Assembly (NCBI GenBank): GCA_016699305.1
Contig: CP064970.1
Location: forward strand, 1,034,066 to 1,098,065
Length of the DNA stretch: 64,000 nt
Origin: Alphaproteobacteria bacterium
GTDB taxonomy: Bacteria; Pseudomonadota; Alphaproteobacteria; GCA-016699305
Reading direction: 5' to 3'
Shown here: positions 28,285-37,193 of the stretch, piece by piece
Numbering within the stretch: the stretch's first letter is position 1
How the letters are laid out: each line of letters begins with the position of its first letter
Made by a program: the position numbers and the translations under genes
Notes under the pieces: generated by a model
Told to the model about the DNA's origin: nothing
Databases searched by the model: none
Seen by the model: the letters and a program-made list of their open reading frames with translations, nothing else

Positions 28285-28629
28285 ATGGAAAACCAAACCC
28301 CAATGACAGAAACGCAGAATCTGAAACAGATGTTATCCTTTCAGACTGGGGCTGTTGTAAGCCGAATGCTGGTCAAAAACTCTTCAGGCAACGTTACTCT
28401 CTTCGCCTTTGATGAAGGTGAAGGGCTTAGCGAGCACACGGCACCTTTTGACGCGCTGGTGATTGGCATTGAAGGACAGGCGGAGATATCCATTAAAGAT
28501 AAAAGGCAGCTTCTTAATGAGGGAGAAACGCTGTTGCTCCCCGCCAATATTCCACACGCGGTTGTGCCGCAGGGAAAATTTAAGATGTTGCTCATTATGA
28601 TTCGCGGCGAGGCAAAAGCAACGACGTAA
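28285..28629 (+). CDS. Cupin-domain protein
   Basis: Small beta-barrel motifs are present (G..EH.AP.D..VIGIEG.....I and LLPANIPHAV). Confidence 0.55.
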   Translation: MENQTPMTETQNLKQMLSFQTGAVVSRMLVKNSSGNVTLFAFDEGEGLSEHTAPFDALVIGIEGQAEISIKDKRQLLNEGETLLLPANIPHAVVPQGKFKMLLIMIRGEAKATT

Positions 28630-29057
28630 GTCCTAAAGGAGATTTCTGAATGCTCGCAAAGAAAGTCGTGATAGTAGGTTATTGTTATTAAACGAGGAGA
28701 GGGCATCATCGCTCTCCCTATCGTTAGTTCGGATCCCAAACGCGCATTCGAAACGTATTAACCATCAGCCTCTTGTAGACAAAAATAAAGACGTGCATAA
28801 TCAACGCGTTAATATGGAGCATGTTCTTCCCCAGTCACGTCCGCCCCGCCAGCCTATCCAAATTGGATGGGGTCTAGAGAGAATTTCTTATCCGCATCAA
28901 GCCGTTGCGACGGTTCGTCTTTTCAGAGAGTGCATCCGGATTGGATGGATTGAATAGAGTTCGTGTACCGCGCTATTTTACCCTGAACAGTCGGTGAACA
29001 GAGCGCAGAGATTCTCTACCACAACCGGACCTCACAGAGAGAAAACGGAAGGTTTTT

Positions 29058-29942
29058 ATGCTCCTTGACCATCAAAACAATCATTCTCTTCTCACAATTG
29101 CGATTGTCAGCGATGTTCATCATGGGCCGGATCGGGGCACAAAAAAAGGATCGGATACGCTGAAAACATTCCAGCAATTTGTCAATTTTGTCGAACACAC
29201 AAAACCTGATTTCTCTGTTGATCTTGGTGACCGCATTTCGGATACGGATCACGACACCGACATAAACTTTCTGAAAGAAATTGCACAGGAATTCAAAAAA
29301 GTTCCTGGAGACATATTCCATCTCCTCGGCAATCACGACATTGCGAAGCTATCTGCACAGGAAAATAGAGATGCTCTTTGCGGGAAGGTCGTTTCGTTCA
29401 GTTTTGACACAAAAGGGTTTCATATAGTCTTTTGGAACACAAACCCACGGCTTGATCAAACGCGCGGATTTTCTTCTCAAGAAGAAGATCTTGAGTGGCT
29501 AAGAACCGATCTTGAGTCCGCCACTCTTCCCACCGTTATCTTTACGCATCTGCCTTTAGACAACGGAAGCATGAGGGGAAATTTCTATTTCGATAAGGAT
29601 TATCCCCATCATGCAGGTTACCCCGAAATTCAAGGAGAAAAGATACGAACCGTCATCGAAGAAAGCGGCAAAGTCTTTCTCTGTATAAATGGGCACGCTC
29701 ATTGGAACGCCTATCATTGCATTGACGGCATTCATTATGTCACCATCCCTTCTTTGACAGAGACGTTTCTTACTTGGCCTCATCCTGATGAGGCGTATGC
29801 AAAGCTGTGTATCGGTGAACAAATCGAAATCGAGGTTTTCGGACGAGCGCCGATTTTTTATCGATTGCCCATCAAAGATCTGGCATCGCATTGGGTAAGT
29901 TCATTCAAGCCATACTCACCCAAGAAAGTTATGCCGAGTTGA
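29058..29942 (+). CDS. Metallophosphoesterase (calcineurin-like)
   Basis: The calcineurin-like motifs are present: IVSDVHHG, LGDRISD, LGNHD and NGHAHWN. Confidence 0.75.
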   Translation: MLLDHQNNHSLLTIAIVSDVHHGPDRGTKKGSDTLKTFQQFVNFVEHTKPDFSVDLGDRISDTDHDTDINFLKEIAQEFKKVPGDIFHLLGNHDIAKLSAQENRDALCGKVVSFSFDTKGFHIVFWNTNPRLDQTRGFSSQEEDLEWLRTDLESATLPTVIFTHLPLDNGSMRGNFYFDKDYPHHAGYPEIQGEKIRTVIEESGKVFLCINGHAHWNAYHCIDGIHYVTIPSLTETFLTWPHPDEAYAKLCIGEQIEIEVFGRAPIFYRLPIKDLASHWVSSFKPYSPKKVMPS

Positions 29943-30208
29943 ACTAGTCTTGGTATCGGCGTTTTGAGCAATCAAAATGGACACCGATATCAAGAATTAC
30001 GAAAAATCAATGGGTTACAAAAACGCATAAAAACTTTTGTTCTTTTAAATCATATACATAACAAGGAGCCTGTTCTTCCCCAGTCACGTCCGCCCCGCCA
30101 TCCTACGCCTTTGGCTTCGGGTGGCAGGCCACCTTTGGTGGACTGACGCCCAATATAAAAAGTTGTAGGGTGTCTCCCGAAGCCTTTTGGCGTAGGGAGA
30201 CCGTCTCC

Positions 30209-30445
30209 ATGTGGTATGTCTATTTTCTTAGGCTCAGTAATGGGCATGTTTACGTCGGATCGACCAACGATTTGAAGCGGCGTTTTTCTTCACACCAATC
30301 TGGACAGGTTGAATCAACCAAGCCGCATCTACCCGCCAAACTGAAAAGCTACATTGCTGTTGAAACCGAAGATATAGCGAGAACGCTTGAAAGATACTTC
30401 AAATCCGGCTCCGGCAAGGCTTTTTCCAATAAGCGGTTTTGGTGA
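30209..30445 (+). CDS. Small GIY-YIG nuclease-family protein
   Basis: The GIY-YIG motif is MWYVYFLRLSNGHVYVGSTNDLKRRFSSHQSG. The C-terminus has a KSGSGKAFSNKRFW tail. Confidence 0.75.
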   Translation: MWYVYFLRLSNGHVYVGSTNDLKRRFSSHQSGQVESTKPHLPAKLKSYIAVETEDIARTLERYFKSGSGKAFSNKRFW

Positions 30446-30594
30446 GAATTAGGCACCATCTGATTGCCAGATAGGCCAAAACTCTCTAAAAGTTATGGTA
30501 GCTGTTGACTCGGTACGGCGCGGTTAAGTCAACGGGTTAGGTATCTGGATGTATTTCGTGTGGTGGGAGGAGACAACCAAAAGGAGAATGCATC

Positions 30595-30933
30595 ATGGTG
30601 GATTGGCTTTTTCCCTTAATCGGCGGCCTCGGCCTTGGTTCTTTGCTTAAAGGAATTGTTGACCACTTACTCGCGGCCAAATCAAAATCGAATGATCGCA
30701 CATATCAAGAAAAAAAGGACTCATACATGGGGTTTCTTCAGGCTATCGCTGAGTCAACGTATGAGCCATCACTACAGAAAACAACTATGGCCGGTTTAGC
30801 AAAAGCGAGATGCGATTTGTTTGGATCGCGAGAAGTGAGGGATCGCATAAATGAATACCAAGTTCAGAAAGATAATCGCGAGTCCATTCTCAGTGAGATG
30901 ATAATCGCAATGCGAAAAGATCTGGGTTTCTAA
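30595..30933 (+). CDS. Hypothetical small protein
   Basis: This is an ORF with no recognisable motif. It sits between the two GIY-YIG paralogues. Confidence 0.35.
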   Translation: MVDWLFPLIGGLGLGSLLKGIVDHLLAAKSKSNDRTYQEKKDSYMGFLQAIAESTYEPSLQKTTMAGLAKARCDLFGSREVRDRINEYQVQKDNRESILSEMIIAMRKDLGF

Positions 30934-31127
30934 TCACTCTGCGCTATATATTTTATACTGATCAATCTGTTGGCGCGATAGGATTTCTCGCGCCAGAACC
31001 CTCCGCCCCGCCAGCCTTCGCCCTAAGAAGGGCTTCGGCTGGCTTACGCCAGACGGAGCAAAACAAAAAAGGGAAGGCTGCCCTTCGAAGCCTTGGCGTA
31101 GGAGGGCTGGTTAGGACAGACAACGCC

Positions 31128-31445
31128 ATGTTTTATGTCTATCTCATTCAAAGCGAAGCTTTTCCAGATCAACGCTACGTTGGATTCAGCACCGATCTGA
31201 AGGAGCGTTTGAAAACGCACAACGCGGGCGGCTCCGTTCATACGTCAAAATACAAACCTTGGCGTTTGGTCAGCTATCACGCCTTTGCCGATAAGCGCAA
31301 AGCTCAGGAGTTCGAATATTATCTCAAATCCGGTTCCGGCAGGGCCTTTGCCAATAAGCGGTTTTGGGGAGAACTTGGGATTGATGGTGCGAAGAATCTC
31401 CGAGTAAAACCTACGCTTCAGGCGAACATAACGAACTCAAGTTAA
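31128..31445 (+). CDS. Small GIY-YIG nuclease-family protein (paralogue of the 30209..30445 gene)
   Basis: The motif MFYVYLIQSE...RYVGFSTDLKERLKTHN is present. The C-terminus has the tail KSGSGRAFANKRFW. Confidence 0.75.
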   Translation: MFYVYLIQSEAFPDQRYVGFSTDLKERLKTHNAGGSVHTSKYKPWRLVSYHAFADKRKAQEFEYYLKSGSGRAFANKRFWGELGIDGAKNLRVKPTLQANITNSS

Positions 31446-31634
31446 CATTCCCCGACGAAAAGCCATTCATAAAGACAGCGACAAATGGGTGTCGTCGCCC
31501 AAACTGAATGGGGCCTAAAGGACAAAATTGACACACATACAGTGACCAAATCGCTTTCCGCAGGGCAAATTTCTTGCTTTGAGAAAAGCCCATGGATAAC
31601 GTTTTTTATCCCTCTCTCGATCTCGTGAAATCCC

Positions 31635-33101
31635 ATGCCACAAAAGCTGACGCTTGTTTTCGCCGCCGTGTTCCTGCTGCTAGCCATGGCGCCGCCTGAA
31701 TCCGCACACGCTGATTTGATCCCATCGGGCGATGGTGACTGCTACAACACGGTGACTCATGTCATCACCAGCGGGGCCTGCCCAAGCTCGGGCGGATCGA
31801 CCGCCCCGGAGACGCCATCGGCTTCTGCCCTGAACACACCATCGGCTGCTGCCGTGAACACACAATCGACCACCATGAAGACACAAGGCGCGTTCACGGC
31901 CATCCAATCAGCCAGCAGTGCTGCGGTCAGCGACCAGATTAACGCTGACGACAGTACGGATGACGGGCAGGATGACGACGATGCAAACGACGGCACGACG
32001 ACCTCCGCGACCGACGTTGCCTATTGCGACTCTTCCCAGTGTTACAGCAGCAAGGGCAATGTGGTGGGTTCGTGCAATTCCCTGGCTGGTGTCTGTTATG
32101 CGGGCTATCCCTATGCCGACAAGGCCTGCGACACGTCTTCGGAGTGCAGCAATAGCGGCCTCGCCGACACGAATCATACCTATGACACGGGCTACCAGAG
32201 TGCGGGATTGAGCGATGAGATGAAAAAAGCTCAGAGCGCGCAAATGGCCTCAACCTTCTTTCAGGTCCTGGCTATTGTGGCGGCTATGCCTGCAGGGCTC
32301 GACGCTGTTTCTCAACAGATGGTCCGTCCTAAAAAAATCCCGTCTCTATATGATTATGGTTTGAGCTTAACGAGCCATTATGGCGAGTCGAATTTCTCGG
32401 GTTCCGGTTCAGGCGCAGGCGGGGTGCGCGACGAGAGAAACATCGGCTTTACGATAAAGGGCGGGGTGAGTACCGACGATTGGGGCGTGAGCGTGAGCGT
32501 TCCTGTGCAGCGTTCGCGGAGCGATGGCATCTACTCGGCCACCAATAACACCAGCTATGGCTTTGCCGTCACGCCGGTTTACCACCTTCTGCGTGAACCC
32601 TTGCACGGGCTGTCGCTGAATCTGGGGACCGTGTTCGGCTATGGCTATTACAATTACGATCATCTCCACAAGCTCAACGACCCGGCGGGGCCGTTTCGCC
32701 TCGGCGACTACGAGGATGACCAGAACATCCAGATGGGCGCCTTTTTCAAGGCCTCACAACATATGCGCGCCAACTCGGTGTTGAGCCTGGGGGCCTCCTA
32801 TGTCAATCACCATGCCTTACAGAACAGGGGTGATGTCGGCCTCGATAACGCCGTGACCATGGTCAATCTTGGCTATCTCTACAAGCTTTCCAACAAATCC
32901 CGCATCACAGCAGATATGAAGATGGTTCATGTCAGCCAATACGCGCTCGACGCATCGTCCACATACGGTCAGGCCGATATCGGCTTCACACAGAAACTAG
33001 ACAAAGACATCGCCCTGCGCGCCAAGGTTACGCGCAGCTTCGGTCATAGTGATTGGACATCGACAGACGGTATGCTCAACCTGCTTTGGACCGGAATGTA
33101 A
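31635..33101 (+). CDS. Secreted Asp/Ser/Cys-rich protein with a putative C-terminal outer-membrane beta-barrel
   Basis: The signal peptide is LLLAMAPPESAHA. An acidic low-complexity middle follows. The C-terminal ~270 aa have an alternating hydrophobic pattern. Confidence 0.5.
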   Translation: MPQKLTLVFAAVFLLLAMAPPESAHADLIPSGDGDCYNTVTHVITSGACPSSGGSTAPETPSASALNTPSAAAVNTQSTTMKTQGAFTAIQSASSAAVSDQINADDSTDDGQDDDDANDGTTTSATDVAYCDSSQCYSSKGNVVGSCNSLAGVCYAGYPYADKACDTSSECSNSGLADTNHTYDTGYQSAGLSDEMKKAQSAQMASTFFQVLAIVAAMPAGLDAVSQQMVRPKKIPSLYDYGLSLTSHYGESNFSGSGSGAGGVRDERNIGFTIKGGVSTDDWGVSVSVPVQRSRSDGIYSATNNTSYGFAVTPVYHLLREPLHGLSLNLGTVFGYGYYNYDHLHKLNDPAGPFRLGDYEDDQNIQMGAFFKASQHMRANSVLSLGASYVNHHALQNRGDVGLDNAVTMVNLGYLYKLSNKSRITADMKMVHVSQYALDASSTYGQADIGFTQKLDKDIALRAKVTRSFGHSDWTSTDGMLNLLWTGM

Positions 33102-33109
33102 TACGAAGC

Positions 33110-34087
33110 ATGTTGGCAAGACGCATCTTTGTTTTATGGATGTTGCTTTTTCCGGCGATGGCTTCGGCGGCGAATGCGCCGCCCGTTTTCTTTCCCGGCA
33201 CAAACATGGCCCTTGAGGATGGCGACATCATCCTTTCCAGCACACTGAACTCGATCGATGTGCTGAACCGTGTATTTGGATACCCTTCTGGCCCCTATAC
33301 GCACGCCACTTTGTTCCTGAACTTGCCTGACAAGGGGCCGCAACTGCTGAGCTTTCAGGCATCAGGTCTGCTTTATGTTGACCCGGCGGCATATATGGCG
33401 CGCGCCTATAAAATGGCGCTGGTGCGGTTGCGCCCAGGGTCTGATTCCAAGAGAATTCGGGACGCTTTTACGGAAGTCAGTCGGCGTAAGCTGGAATTCG
33501 ATTTCGATATGCGCTGGCCGGCCATTGACAGCCCCAAAACCTATTGCGTGGGGCTGATATCCCAAATCTTCCGGGTTGCCGATTTGCCCGATCCCTTTCC
33601 TTTTCGCGCCGCGCGCCCGAATGATTTTTGGAGTCGCTGGGGACACCAGACGCTCAATCTCGATCTTGCTCAGATTGTCTCGCCCAATGCTGTTCTGGCC
33701 GAAAAGACGTTCGAGGTTGTGGCCACCTACCAGAACCCTGCCATCAACGCGACGGGTTATGAAGCCATGCAAAATGCGGTGGTGAACCGCATCGAACATT
33801 ACCTTGATGTTGAGAAACGAAACTTCGCCGCGCCGAGTCTAGGCGATCTGCTTGTCTTGCGAATAGCCAAGCTCGGCCTTGTTGAGAACGCTCCCATTCT
33901 TTCGCGTCTGCCTCCCGAGAAACAACGCATTTTTGTGGTCTTTAACGACTTTATGGAAAGCGTGACGAGAAAGACCTTTCGCACCATGGCGCGCGATGAA
34001 GAGGCCGTATGGAGCGAGAAAGACGTGACTGATCTCACCGAAAGCATCGCCGACGCCTATCGTGACCGATATTTTGTTTCACCCTAA
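33110..34087 (+). CDS. Secreted hypothetical protein
   Basis: The signal peptide is MLARRIFVLWMLLFPAMASAANA. There are no motifs. Confidence 0.45.
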   Translation: MLARRIFVLWMLLFPAMASAANAPPVFFPGTNMALEDGDIILSSTLNSIDVLNRVFGYPSGPYTHATLFLNLPDKGPQLLSFQASGLLYVDPAAYMARAYKMALVRLRPGSDSKRIRDAFTEVSRRKLEFDFDMRWPAIDSPKTYCVGLISQIFRVADLPDPFPFRAARPNDFWSRWGHQTLNLDLAQIVSPNAVLAEKTFEVVATYQNPAINATGYEAMQNAVVNRIEHYLDVEKRNFAAPSLGDLLVLRIAKLGLVENAPILSRLPPEKQRIFVVFNDFMESVTRKTFRTMARDEEAVWSEKDVTDLTESIADAYRDRYFVSP

Positions 34088-34829
34088 AATACGCCGTCTT
34101 TGTTTCTTTGGGGCGCTTGTCCTCCTGCTGGCGCCAGTAGAAGCACAAGCCGCATGCAGCGCATCCATGGCGCAAGAGCTGGCGCAAGCGACCATGACAA
34201 GGCTGCATGACCTGGTCGGCGGCACAATCCCGCCGCCCCCTTATATTGTGCTGCATGCAAGCGCCGCTGATCTTCCGCGGGGCGGCGAGGATGTGGTGGG
34301 TGTTTACCAGCCGCCTTTGCAAACCATGCACCTTGTGTGCGGTAAAGAGACGACGACGGATGATTTCACCACTGAAGTGCGGCACGAGGCCACGCATCAT
34401 TATCTCTACGCCGCCTTTGGTCTTGTGCCGTTCTGGCTGAATGAAGGGCTTGCAACCTATATGGAAAGCGGGCCGCTGACGGAGGCCACGGCGAAAGATC
34501 ATCTCAACCCTTCGCGGCTAAGAACTTTTCAAGCGCTGATCCGCCATGGCACTGCGCCACAGCTTTCGGATATTCTGAAAAACGCACGAAGCCATCTCGC
34601 GCTTTCCGATACCTATGCCGCCTGCTGGGCGCTGATTTTCGCATTGATGCATGATGATGATGCGCAACGCCAAGCTCGTCACCGCCGGATGCTCCGGTCC
34701 CTTTTGGCCCTGGCCGCATCACAGCCCGAAGGCATCAACGCAGCCTTTGTCGAAGAAATAACGCGCGATGGTGAAAGCTTGGAAGAATGGGAACAAAGCT
34801 GGCGTCGCGCTCTTTGGGCCTGGCGCTAA
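34062..34829 (+). CDS. Putative Zn-metallopeptidase-like protein (HExxH: HEATHH)
   Basis: A signal-peptide-like N-terminus is present. HEATHHYLYAAFG is a single HExxH motif. Confidence 0.45.
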   Translation: MTDILFHPKIRRLCFFGALVLLLAPVEAQAACSASMAQELAQATMTRLHDLVGGTIPPPPYIVLHASAADLPRGGEDVVGVYQPPLQTMHLVCGKETTTDDFTTEVRHEATHHYLYAAFGLVPFWLNEGLATYMESGPLTEATAKDHLNPSRLRTFQALIRHGTAPQLSDILKNARSHLALSDTYAACWALIFALMHDDDAQRQARHRRMLRSLLALAASQPEGINAAFVEEITRDGESLEEWEQSWRRALWAWR

Positions 34830-34925
34830 CCAAAACAAAGGGTTTCAAATCATCGATCCCTTTTCGTCCCCCTGCTTGATGCGGGGCTTACCTCCGCCCA
34901 GCCATTGACAGAGCCCTAGCGGCAC

Positions 34926-36974
34926 TCAGGGTTCTTCCCCCGCTTTATGCGGAGCTTCCAAATAAGCCTGCCAGGCGGATTGCAATCCGGCGGGGGCTTG
35001 TAGCACGAGATTGGCGGGGGGCAGTTCGGCGAGGAAGCGGGAAGGGATGGCGGGGCCCCAGTTGCCGTGTAGGCGGCGGGTGGTGGCCAGGGTGATGATG
35101 GCTTGGCGGCGGGCGCGGGTCAGGCCCACATAGGCCAGGCGGCGTTCTTCCTCTAAAGCCGAGCTGCCGCCTTCGTCCAGGGCGCGGCGATGGGGAAACA
35201 GGCCTTCTTCCCATCCGGCCAGGAATACCGTGTCGAATTCCAGCCCCTTGGCGGCGTGGATGGTCATCAGGCTGACGGCCTCGGCATCGTTGGCTTCAAG
35301 AACTTCGGCCACCAGGGCGATATGCTCTAAAAAGGCCGATAAATCGGCAAAAGCCGCCAGGGCGTTTTGCAGTTCCTTGAGATTCTCAAGGCGCGATTTG
35401 GCATCCGGCCCCGTCTCGGCCTGCCAGAAAGCCAACAAACCCGAATTTTCCATCACCAGCCGCGCCAATTGATCCGGCGGCAGGCGCGTGGCCTCGTCCC
35501 GCCAACGGTCCAGTTTGTCCAGCAAATCCGTCAGGGCCTGGCGGGGTTTGGGCTTGATCTCGGTCCCGGCGATCAATTGCGCAGCAGCGGCGGTCAGAGG
35601 GATGCCTTGCGCCTGGCGCAGGGCGTGCAGCCGCGCCAACACGGCGGGGCCAAGGCCGCGCTTGGGCGTGTTGATGATGCGCTCGAAAGCCAAATCGTCT
35701 TGCGGGGCGGCGATGACGCGCAAATAGGCGACCGCGTCGCGCACTTCCTGGCGTTCATAAAAACGCGCGCCGCCCACCACGCGGTGCGGAATGCCCAGCA
35801 CCACCAGGCGCTCTTCAAACTCGCGTGTCTGGAATCCGGCGCGCACCAACACGGCCATCGATCGTAGGGGAGTGCCCTGATGATATGACTGGGCGATGTG
35901 TTCGCCCACGCGATGCGCCTCGTCCGCGCCGTCCCAGCAGGGCCACAAGCGCACCGGTTCGCCCACCGCATCCGCTGTCCATAGGGTCTTGCCCAGACGG
36001 CCTCGGTTATGGGCGATCAGTCCCGATGCGGCGGCCAGGATATGGCCGGTCGAGCGGTAATTTTGTTCTAACCTGACCAAGCGCGCGCCGGGAAAGTCCT
36101 TTTCAAAGCGCAAGATATTGCCGATCTGCGCCCCGCGCCAGCTGTAGATCGACTGGTCGTCATCGCCCACGCAGCACAGATTGCGATGCTCTTGGGCCAA
36201 CAGGCGCAGCCATAAATATTGCACCGTGTTGGTGTCTTGATATTCGTCCACCAAGATATAACGCCACCGGCGGCGGCAATCGGCCAGAATGTCGCTATGC
36301 TCGCGCAGCAAGGTCAAGGCATGCAGCAAAAGATCGCCAAAATCGCAGGCGTTCAGCGCCAATAGGCGTTCTTGGTACCGCGCGTAAATGGCCGGCAGTC
36401 GGCCCCCGAATTCGCGTCCGCCGTCATGGGGGGAGATATCGGCGGGACGCAAGGCCGCGTCCTTCCAGGACTGGATGGCGGCCAGGGCCACGCGCGCCGG
36501 GTTGCGCTTGGCGTCAAGGTTTTCCTCTTCCAGAATCTGCTGTAACAGGCGCAGTTGATCGTCGGTGTCGAGGATGGAAAAGCCCGGAGCCAGGCCCACG
36601 CGCTCGGCATAACGGCGCAGCAGCCGCGTGGCCAGGGCGTGGAACGTGCCTAGCCACCAGCCTTCGACCGGCTGGCCCAGCAGATGGGCCACGCGCAGGC
36701 TCATCTCGCGCGCGGCCTTGTTGGTGAAGGTCACGGCCAGCACCTGCCAGGGCGAGGCTTTGCCCGAGATCAGCAACCAGGCCAAGCGGGTGGTCAGGGC
36801 CTTGGTCTTGCCCGTGCCTGCCCCTGCAAGCACCAGCACCGGCCCTTCGGTGGTCATCACGGCCTCGCGCTGGGGCGGATTCAACCCCTCTAACAACGCC
36901 GCCGCCGCCGGATGCAAGGGCGCATCGGGCATGTCGGGCAAGGTCATGGGGGGAATGGAGGCGGGAAGGTTCAT
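34926..36974 (-). CDS. uvrD: UvrD/Rep-family ATP-dependent DNA helicase
   Basis: Walker A is AGAGTGKT. The SF1 motifs are present (ILVDEYQDTN, VGDDDQSIYSWRGA). Confidence 0.9.
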   Translation of the reverse strand: MNLPASIPPMTLPDMPDAPLHPAAAALLEGLNPPQREAVMTTEGPVLVLAGAGTGKTKALTTRLAWLLISGKASPWQVLAVTFTNKAAREMSLRVAHLLGQPVEGWWLGTFHALATRLLRRYAERVGLAPGFSILDTDDQLRLLQQILEEENLDAKRNPARVALAAIQSWKDAALRPADISPHDGGREFGGRLPAIYARYQERLLALNACDFGDLLLHALTLLREHSDILADCRRRWRYILVDEYQDTNTVQYLWLRLLAQEHRNLCCVGDDDQSIYSWRGAQIGNILRFEKDFPGARLVRLEQNYRSTGHILAAASGLIAHNRGRLGKTLWTADAVGEPVRLWPCWDGADEAHRVGEHIAQSYHQGTPLRSMAVLVRAGFQTREFEERLVVLGIPHRVVGGARFYERQEVRDAVAYLRVIAAPQDDLAFERIINTPKRGLGPAVLARLHALRQAQGIPLTAAAAQLIAGTEIKPKPRQALTDLLDKLDRWRDEATRLPPDQLARLVMENSGLLAFWQAETGPDAKSRLENLKELQNALAAFADLSAFLEHIALVAEVLEANDAEAVSLMTIHAAKGLEFDTVFLAGWEEGLFPHRRALDEGGSSALEEERRLAYVGLTRARRQAIITLATTRRLHGNWGPAIPSRFLAELPPANLVLQAPAGLQSAWQAYLEAPHKAGEEP

Positions 36975-37193
36975 GACTTCTTGAATAGCATGCCCAAGAC
37001 CGATCTTGTCACGATGTTCTGACTGTCCGGCTTTAGATTCTGGCGAAAAAAAGGAAAAGGCAGACGGGATGCCGAGTTAACCTTTTGCAAACCCAAGAAT
37101 CGCTTGGGATGCACAAAAACGCTTTGCAACCGAGTCTATCTCCTATACCCCTTGAGGAGATGATTCTCGATCTTTGTGCAGGAGGCTCGCGCC

